Shown: positions 25,660 to 32,000 of the stretch, piece after piece | Layout: every line of letters starts with the position of its first letter | How positions within the stretch are numbered: position 1 is the first letter of the stretch | Assembly: GCF_018128925.1 (NCBI RefSeq) | Contig: NZ_CP067007.1 | Location: forward strand, 598,164 to 630,163 | Direction of reading: 5' to 3' | Origin: Nitrosopumilus sp. K4 | GTDB taxonomy: Archaea > Thermoproteota > Nitrososphaeria > Nitrososphaerales > Nitrosopumilaceae | Length of the DNA stretch: 32,000 bases | The notes under the pieces: generated by a model | The model's input: only the letters and a program-made list of their open reading frames with translations | What the model was told of the DNA's origin: nothing | The model's database searches: none | Made by a program: the position numbers and the translations under genes

Positions 25660-26124
25660 CTATTTGCCGGGAATTGGCAACAATTTTGCTTCAGGCAAAC
25701 CTGCATCCTTTAACTCTTCCAGAGTTAAGTCTTGGAACTCCAATGAGATTATTGCTTTTGTATTGAATTTTTGTTCCATATTTTTTGCTAAATCTACCAA
25801 GTCTTTTGGGGAGTAGATTTCTTTTGAATCTTTGAGAAATACCCTCTCACCTTTTTCCATCTCTTTTCCCCCATATCTGTCGTGGAGGAATTTTGTAATT
25901 GCTGGGAGTTCACTTCGTGGGATGTTGTTGTGATAATATGTGATGCCCTTTACAGATTCATAATCGTATGCAGTCCCGTTTCTGTACATGAAAACGCCGA
26001 TGAACATTGCTTCAGATTCTGGTTCTCTGACACATTTAATTTCCCAATTTAGTAACTTTTTTTCATCATAGGAAAACTTCTCCATCTCATCAGGCGTTAT
26101 TTTCCAATACCTTGATCTTGCCAA
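25660..26124 (-). CDS. Hypothetical protein
   Basis: 154-aa ORF with an ATG start, 29 nt upstream of tatC on the same strand. No motif recognised. Confidence 0.55.
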   Translation of the reverse strand: MARSRYWKITPDEMEKFSYDEKKLLNWEIKCVREPESEAMFIGVFMYRNGTAYDYESVKGITYYHNNIPRSELPAITKFLHDRYGGKEMEKGERVFLKDSKEIYSPKDLVDLAKNMEQKFNTKAIISLEFQDLTLEELKDAGLPEAKLLPIPGK

Positions 26125-26214
26125 TGATTAACTTCAGATTGAATGTGATATAAATTCCAATGTTTGATATTTTGTGCTTTCCTTTTATACACAAAGTGTT
26201 CTTAGGTCATTAAC

Positions 26215-26370
26215 ATGGGTAGTAGAATCACAATTGTACTTGATGATGAGAATTCAGAAAGACTGAGAACCATTCAAGCAAAAATGATAAAAACATCTGC
26301 AAAATCTGTTAGTTTTTCACATGTTTTGAATCTGGTTGTTACAGAAGGTCTCAAAAAATTCAAAGTATAA
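26215..26370 (+). CDS. Ribbon-helix-helix (CopG/Arc-like) DNA-binding protein, 51 aa
   Basis: My own translation: MGSRITIVLDDENSERLRTIQAKMIKTSAKSVSFSHVLNLVVTEGLKKFKV. It shows a beta-strand, helix, helix layout. A TATA-like TTTTATAC lies about 30 nt upstream. Below the track cutoff. Confidence 0.5.
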   Translation: MGSRITIVLDDENSERLRTIQAKMIKTSAKSVSFSHVLNLVVTEGLKKFKV

Positions 26371-26396
26371 AACAATAATCTACAAAATCTGTATCG

Positions 26397-26789
26397 TTGA
26401 TTTCTAGTGAAAACCCACTTTATCCGATTGACATTGATGATTATCCAAAACTTTTTGATTATGTTTTAACTGCTGAAGGATTGAAATTCTATCAGAATCT
26501 TAGACGACAATACGTTTTGGGAAAAGATCTCACACTTGATGATTATAACAAATTGAGGTTGTTATGTGTCTATTATGCAACTGCAAATAGAAATGTTCAA
26601 GAGGTTTCTTTTTGGCAAGATCTTTGTGTAACATTGGATGGGAAGGGAATCTATGAAAAAAACATGTTTCAATCAAAGGAAGATTTGATAAACAAATCTC
26701 TGATTATTAAAAATCCCTCTTACCAATCAGGATTGTATAGAAATTATACTGAATATGTGAAAAATAATTTCAAGACTGGAGATGATTAG
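26397..26789 (+). CDS. Hypothetical protein downstream of the RHH gene
   Basis: 130-aa ORF with a TTG start, 26 nt after the RHH stop. No motif recognised. Confidence 0.45.
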   Translation: MISSENPLYPIDIDDYPKLFDYVLTAEGLKFYQNLRRQYVLGKDLTLDDYNKLRLLCVYYATANRNVQEVSFWQDLCVTLDGKGIYEKNMFQSKEDLINKSLIIKNPSYQSGLYRNYTEYVKNNFKTGDD

Positions 26790-26931
26790 GATAACCGATT
26801 CTGGGCGATATGGAATTTACAACAATACAGTCCTCAGAACCGGATTATCTAGCATGTATTTCGTTTTAAGTATAAAAGCACAATACATGTCGGAAGATAG
26901 ATTAACCTCATTTTGAATTTCAAAATTATTC

Positions 26932-27192
26932 ATGACTACATATGATGTACATGTGACAATAGAAAACAAACCTGGAATAAGTGATCCTGAAGGTGACACA
27001 ATTCTAAATGATCTTGTCCTGAAAGGAACTCATTCAACAATATCAAAAATCAAAACCGCAAAAATGCTAAAATTTACAATTAAAGAAAAAGACAAAAAAA
27101 CTGCACAGAAAAAAATTCAAGATATTTGTGATGAACTGCGAATTTACAATCCCATGGTAAGCAAAGTCACAATTGATGTTTTTAATGTCTAG
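26932..27192 (+). CDS. purS: Phosphoribosylformylglycinamidine synthase subunit PurS
   Basis: 86 aa. The KPGISDPEGDTILNDL motif, with location in the purQLF cluster. Confidence 0.9.
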   Translation: MTTYDVHVTIENKPGISDPEGDTILNDLVLKGTHSTISKIKTAKMLKFTIKEKDKKTAQKKIQDICDELRIYNPMVSKVTIDVFNV

Positions 27193-27653
27193 TCCTCAGT
27201 TTCTATGTTCTTTATTGTTCCGTTGATTAACAACTTACTTCGAAGAAAACTGGTAAGATCCGTCTGAGTGATTACTCCGGCCAAGTTTTCATTTTCTAAA
27301 ACAAGCAGTCTTCTTATGTTGTTGTTTAACATCTTCTGGACTGCATCTTCAATTGTATCCTCTGGCTTTACCCATCTGAAATTCTTTGACATTATGCTCT
27401 CTAGCAAAATCTCTGATGCTCTCTTGTCTTCTGCTGCTATCTTCCTTACAATGTCTCTTTCTGAAACAATTCCTGTTGGCAACCCCTCTTTTACAATTAC
27501 TAGAAAACTGATCTCTTTTTCTTTTAGCATCTTTGAGGCATCAAGTGCATTTTTGTTGTGCTCTATTGTAATGACATTTTTCTCCATAATGTCACGTACA
27601 TGCCCCATGGCGATCATAATATTTTTAGACATAAAATTTTTTGGTAGATTCAA
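27189..27653 (-). CDS. CBS-pair domain protein
   Basis: 154 aa with two CBS units (VRDIMEKNVITIE...GIVSERDIVRKI and IMSKNFRWVKP...GVITQTDL). Confidence 0.85.
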   Translation of the reverse strand: MNLPKNFMSKNIMIAMGHVRDIMEKNVITIEHNKNALDASKMLKEKEISFLVIVKEGLPTGIVSERDIVRKIAAEDKRASEILLESIMSKNFRWVKPEDTIEDAVQKMLNNNIRRLLVLENENLAGVITQTDLTSFLRSKLLINGTIKNIETED

Positions 27654-27682
27654 ATTAAATATCTCATAGTGTAAATCTAATT

Positions 27683-28363
27683 GTGAAGGTTGGAGTCATT
27701 GTTTTTCCAGGCAGTAATTGTGATCGAGACATGTATCATGTCTTGACTGATGTATTTCATTTTGACGCACAATATTTTTGGCATGAAAAGGGACTTCCAA
27801 AAAATATTGATGCTGTGATTTTGCCTGGTGGTTTTTCTTATGGGGATAGACTTAGGGCAGGAGTGATTGCAGCCCATAGCCCTGTAATTGAAGATGTGAA
27901 AAAGTTGGCAAACAAGGGAATTCCTATCTTGGGTGTTTGCAACGGATTTCAAATTCTTGTCGAGGCTGGCCTCTTGCCTGGTGTTTTACTCAAAAATACC
28001 TCTCTTAATTTTATGTGTGAATGGACAAATTTGGTGGTGGAGAATAACAAAACCCCGTTTACCAATCAATTAAAACTTGGCCAAAAGATTCCTATCCCAA
28101 TTGCAAACGGAGAGGGTAGATACTATGTCGATGAATCCACTTTGGAACAACTAAAGAAAAAAAATCAAATTGTTTTTAGATACACAGATGCAGTAAATGG
28201 TTCATCGTATAATATTGCAGGAGTTTGCAATGAAGACTTTAACGTAGTTGGGATGATGCCACATCCAGAACGTGCTGTAGAGTCTGAAATTAATCCTATT
28301 GACAATAAACCGTCTTCATTGATTTTCAAATCTCTTCTAAGTACAATTGGTGTGAAGAATTGA
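27683..28363 (+). CDS. purQ: Phosphoribosylformylglycinamidine synthase, glutaminase subunit PurQ
   Basis: 226 aa with a GTG start. FPGSNCDRD, LPGGFSYGD, GVCNGFQIL (catalytic Cys) and MMPHPERA. Confidence 0.95.
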   Translation: MKVGVIVFPGSNCDRDMYHVLTDVFHFDAQYFWHEKGLPKNIDAVILPGGFSYGDRLRAGVIAAHSPVIEDVKKLANKGIPILGVCNGFQILVEAGLLPGVLLKNTSLNFMCEWTNLVVENNKTPFTNQLKLGQKIPIPIANGEGRYYVDESTLEQLKKKNQIVFRYTDAVNGSSYNIAGVCNEDFNVVGMMPHPERAVESEINPIDNKPSSLIFKSLLSTIGVKN

Positions 28364-30525
28364 GCTTAGAGCCACAAGAACTAGAAGAACTAACCTCCAA
28401 GATTGGAAGAAAACCAACGTCCACTGAAGTGCAAATTGTTGCAGCAGAGTGGTCTGAGCATTGTTCTTACAAATCTTCAAAGAAGCATCTCAAAATGCTT
28501 CCAATGAAAGGCCCGTTGGTAATTTCTGAAAAAGGATATGATTCTGGAGTCTTAGATGTTGGTGATGGTTATGTTGTTACTGCACACATTGAAAGCCATA
28601 ACCATCCATCTGCAGTTGAACCTTATGGCGGTGCCGCAACAGGAGTTGGCGGTGTCATCCGTGATATTTTATCAGCTGGAACTAGACCGATTGCAATTTT
28701 TGATGGATTGAGATTTGGTGATATTGAAAAAGACCAACAAGCAAGATGGTTATTCAAAAATGCCGTTACTGGAATTGCAGACTATGGGAATTGTTTAGGT
28801 ATTCCTACAATTGGGGGAGAAGTTGAGTTTGACAAATGCTACACAAACTATGCCTTGGTAGATGTTGCATCTGTTGGATTTGGAAAAAAAGAAAATTTGA
28901 TTAAAAATCATGCAAAGAAAGGAGACCTAGTAGTGTTGCTTGGGGGCTCTACTGGCAGAGATGGTATAGGTGGTTCTCAATTTGCATCTGATTCTTTAGA
29001 GTCTGAAGACCGCTCTGCTGTCCAAATCCCTGACCCATTTATTGAAAAACTAATCATCGAGGCAATTTTAGAAGCAAGAAATCAAAACCTCATCAACGCA
29101 ATGAAAGATCTTGGCGGTGGAGGCCTGTCTTGTGCTGTATCTGAAACAGCCGATGCTCTTGAAATTGGAATCGAGATGGATGTTGAACGAGTTCACACCA
29201 GGGAATCTGGAATGCACCAAGATGAAATCATGGTTTCTGAATCTCAAGAAAGAATGTTGATTATTACAAACAAGGCAAAACTAAAAAAATTAGAAGACAT
29301 CTGCAAAAAGTTTCGTATTGCCTGCTCTGTAATAGGCCACGTTACATCTGATAACATGATGCATGTGAAGAAAGGCAAAAAAACATGTGCAAATCTTCCT
29401 ACCGATGTTGTTGCAAATGCAACACTGTTGAGCAGACCTTCCAAAAAACCTGCATATCTTGATACTATTCAAAACGAAAAGAAACTCAAACCAATATCTG
29501 ATTACTCCAAAACGATGATGAAGTTCTTGGCATCTCCTAACATTGCCAGTAAAATTTGGGTGTATGGACAATATGATCATGAAGTGGGGATTAGAACTGT
29601 AGTTAAACCTGGCAATGATGCCTCTGTACTAAGATTAGATAATGGCAAATTTCTTTCTGTAAAAATTGATGGTAACCCTAAACATTGCTACATTGACCCA
29701 AGAGAAGGTGCAATTGGATGTTTTGAGGAGGCTTGCAGAAATGTTGTGTGCACTGGAGCAAAACCAATTGGTATGCTGGACCATCTTCAATTTGGAAATC
29801 CCGAAGACCCTGAAATCTTTTGGACCTTTTTAGAATCTCTTAAGGGTTTGACTGACTTTGCAAAGTACTTCAAAATACCTTGTGTTGGTGGAAAAGTTAG
29901 TTTGTACAACGAAACTCCTGTTGGCCCGATTAAACCCACACCTTTGATAGGAGTACTTGGATTGATTGATAAAAAACCTCAGATGCCTCAGCAAATTACC
30001 AAAGATGATGTTTTGCTAATCATTGGCAATACCAAAGATGAGATGGGAGGCTCTGAATACTTTGAATACATCCACAAGTTTATTGGAGGAAAATGCCCTG
30101 TCGTTGATTTTGCCGAATCCAAAAAAAACATGACTGCTGTTCTTGATGTCATCAAAAAAAATCTTGCAAAAAATATCCATGACTGCTCAAAGGGAGGCAT
30201 TGCTGTTGCAGTATCTGAATTATCCATGACCAATCAAATCGGATGTACTGTTTCATTACAAAAGGTACCTGGCACAAAATTATCTGAAGATAGACTGTTG
30301 TTTTCTGAAAGCCATTCCAGATATCTTTTGGTTGTCAAAAAAGATAATGTCAAAAAAGTTGAAGAAACTCTAAAGAAAAACAAGGTGTCCTACAGTAAAA
30401 TAGGAAAATTTGGTGGCGATCAAATCAGCTTTGTAAATGGCTCAAAGAAGATCATTGATCTAAGAGTTGATAAGGCACGTAAAGTCTGGTTAAGATCGTT
30501 AGAGGAGTTGGTTTTACATGCCTAA
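28360..30525 (+). CDS. purL: Phosphoribosylformylglycinamidine synthase subunit PurL
   Basis: 721 aa. WSEHCSYKSS, ESHNHPSAVEPYGGAATGVGGVIRDI and two AIR-synthase-like halves. It overlaps purQ by 4 nt. Confidence 0.95.
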   Translation: MSLEPQELEELTSKIGRKPTSTEVQIVAAEWSEHCSYKSSKKHLKMLPMKGPLVISEKGYDSGVLDVGDGYVVTAHIESHNHPSAVEPYGGAATGVGGVIRDILSAGTRPIAIFDGLRFGDIEKDQQARWLFKNAVTGIADYGNCLGIPTIGGEVEFDKCYTNYALVDVASVGFGKKENLIKNHAKKGDLVVLLGGSTGRDGIGGSQFASDSLESEDRSAVQIPDPFIEKLIIEAILEARNQNLINAMKDLGGGGLSCAVSETADALEIGIEMDVERVHTRESGMHQDEIMVSESQERMLIITNKAKLKKLEDICKKFRIACSVIGHVTSDNMMHVKKGKKTCANLPTDVVANATLLSRPSKKPAYLDTIQNEKKLKPISDYSKTMMKFLASPNIASKIWVYGQYDHEVGIRTVVKPGNDASVLRLDNGKFLSVKIDGNPKHCYIDPREGAIGCFEEACRNVVCTGAKPIGMLDHLQFGNPEDPEIFWTFLESLKGLTDFAKYFKIPCVGGKVSLYNETPVGPIKPTPLIGVLGLIDKKPQMPQQITKDDVLLIIGNTKDEMGGSEYFEYIHKFIGGKCPVVDFAESKKNMTAVLDVIKKNLAKNIHDCSKGGIAVAVSELSMTNQIGCTVSLQKVPGTKLSEDRLLFSESHSRYLLVVKKDNVKKVEETLKKNKVSYSKIGKFGGDQISFVNGSKKIIDLRVDKARKVWLRSLEELVLHA

Positions 30526-31957
30526 AGTCAAAGAAAATTGTGGTGTAATTGGAATCTACAGCTTGTCTGGGACAAATGTTATTCCTATGGCAATTGATGC
30601 ACTTCGTGCATTGCAGCACCGAGGACAAGAAGCTTGGGGTCTTGCAATTCCAAACAAAGAACCGCTTAAACGTTTAGGATTAGTCACTGCCTCTTCGTCT
30701 GAATTCAAAAAAATTGCAGAAGAATATGCGTCTCCTTGTGTTATTGGACATGTTCGATATTCTACGATAGGACGTAGTTCATTAGACAATGCCCAGCCTC
30801 TCAAAGTCAAAGACTTGTGTGTTGCCCATAACGGCACCATCGCAAATGTTCAGGAATTATCTAATCTGGTTGGTGGATGTTCTTTTACTCCACAAAACGC
30901 AAGTGATACTTTGGTTGCAGCACAACGTTTGGTTAATCTGATTTCTGAGAATGGTCAGATGGGAAAGGCGCTATCTGTTCTAAAAAATGAAATGATAGGC
31001 TCATACTGCTTTACGTTTATCTCTGATGATCATTCTGTTTATGCTGCCCGTGATCCAAAAGGATTCAGGCCAATGGTTCTAGGACACAAAGAGTCTGATG
31101 ATACATACATTGTTGCATCTGAATCATCTGCATTATCCTCTACTGGTGCAAAACTTCAGCGCAATGTAACTCCTGGAGAATTAATTAGAATGAGTAAAGA
31201 TGGAATTGAAACAGAAAAATTTTCTGATGACAATTCTCGTGCCCACTGTTCATTTGAATTTACTTACTTTGCTCATCCCTCAAGTAACATGGAGGGAACT
31301 AACATCTATGTTGCAAGAAAAAACATTGGAAAATATCTTGCAAAGAAATTCCCACTAAAAGATGCTGATTTGGTAATCCCGGTTCCAGATTCTGCACGTC
31401 CTGCCGCATTAGGTTATGCACAGGAGCTTGGTGTTTCATTTGATGAAGGATTGCTAAAGGATCGTTATAGTAAGAAAGGGCCACTGCGAAGTTTTATTGA
31501 ACCTCATCAAACTGATAGGGTTGAAATTAACCGCTGGATTATCCCTATTAAAGAAATCATTCAAGACAAACATGTTGTTGTAATTGATGACAGTCTAGTA
31601 CGGGGCACGAGCTCAAAAGCTATTATCAAGGCATTAAGACGAGCAGGTGCAAGAAAAATCAGCATGGTGATTACCTACCCTCCGATAAAGTTTCCTTGCT
31701 ATGCTGGTATTGACTTTCCCTCTCAGGAAGAACTTGCAACATATTCGGATGGAAAGGATCTTTCTGATGAAGAACTTACAGACATGGTTAGAAAAAGCAT
31801 TGGAGCTGACTTTTTGGGATATAATGACGCTGAAAACCTTGCAACTGCGGTTGGAATTCCTAAAGACTCTATGTGCTTTACATGCTCTTCAGGAAATTAT
31901 GAATCACTTGGAATTACTCCTGAATTTAAGACCCGTGAAGAAATGAAAGGTGAATGA
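30518..31957 (+). CDS. purF: Amidophosphoribosyltransferase PurF
   Basis: 479 aa. Ntn-type CGVIGIY after a short propeptide, GHVRYST, the PRTase motif VVVIDDSLVRGTS, and C-terminal Cys residues. It overlaps purL by 8 nt. Confidence 0.95.
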   Translation: MPKVKENCGVIGIYSLSGTNVIPMAIDALRALQHRGQEAWGLAIPNKEPLKRLGLVTASSSEFKKIAEEYASPCVIGHVRYSTIGRSSLDNAQPLKVKDLCVAHNGTIANVQELSNLVGGCSFTPQNASDTLVAAQRLVNLISENGQMGKALSVLKNEMIGSYCFTFISDDHSVYAARDPKGFRPMVLGHKESDDTYIVASESSALSSTGAKLQRNVTPGELIRMSKDGIETEKFSDDNSRAHCSFEFTYFAHPSSNMEGTNIYVARKNIGKYLAKKFPLKDADLVIPVPDSARPAALGYAQELGVSFDEGLLKDRYSKKGPLRSFIEPHQTDRVEINRWIIPIKEIIQDKHVVVIDDSLVRGTSSKAIIKALRRAGARKISMVITYPPIKFPCYAGIDFPSQEELATYSDGKDLSDEELTDMVRKSIGADFLGYNDAENLATAVGIPKDSMCFTCSSGNYESLGITPEFKTREEMKGE

Positions 31958-32000
31958 CTTGGAAACTGCTTATGTTTTAGTAAAAAGTGAAATCGCCCAT
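31950..32000 (+). CDS. Possible 5' end of a downstream gene (cut by the window edge)
   Basis: The frame is open from GTG 31950 / TTG 31959 to the window end (MNDLETAYVLVKSEIAH...). The AYVLVK start is reminiscent of small Lrp/AsnC-type ligand-domain proteins. Only 17 codons are visible. Confidence 0.25.
   Translation, partial: MNDLETAYVLVKSEIAH

Noticed and set aside
26790-26931. Purine riboswitch upstream of purS
   Set aside because: No three-way-junction pattern or conserved purine-riboswitch loop sequences are recognisable, and riboswitches of this class are not expected in this lineage. Only the inverted repeat was kept, as a possible operator.

Overview
AT-rich, tightly packed archaeal chromosome segment. 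Gene content and composition suggest a marine ammonia-oxidising thaumarchaeon (Nitrosopumilus-like); this is inference, no search was run. Recognisable core genes: the 3' part of aEF-2 (1-2000), two SAM methyltransferases, a secreted NHL-repeat protein, a CBS-TrkH K+ transporter, a BFN/DUF151 protein, purP, ubiX, tatA/tatC and purS-purQ-purL-purF. I found no rRNA, tRNA or CRISPR array. The most interesting region is about 2001-8700, directly behind the aEF-2 stop codon. It is a ~6.7-kb island of short, mixed-strand, mostly unrecognisable ORFs. Its first operon encodes a small membrane-anchored protein translationally coupled to a full-length solo Cas1 with intact catalytic motifs. From memory, the aEF-2 3' end is the reported integration site of thaumarchaeal (family 1) casposons. 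Unlike known casposons, this island has no family-B DNA polymerase, and it also has no cas2 and no obvious terminal inverted repeats. Its cargo includes a NERD-type nuclease, a wHTH protein, two Zn-finger proteins and a membrane protein with a perfect 5 x 15-bp tandem repeat. I read it as a PolB-less casposase element, a decayed casposon, or a repurposed Cas1. A second, weaker accessory-like cluster of small ORFs lies at about 14.3-17.2 kb. All functional calls rest on motif recognition by eye and need profile searches to confirm.
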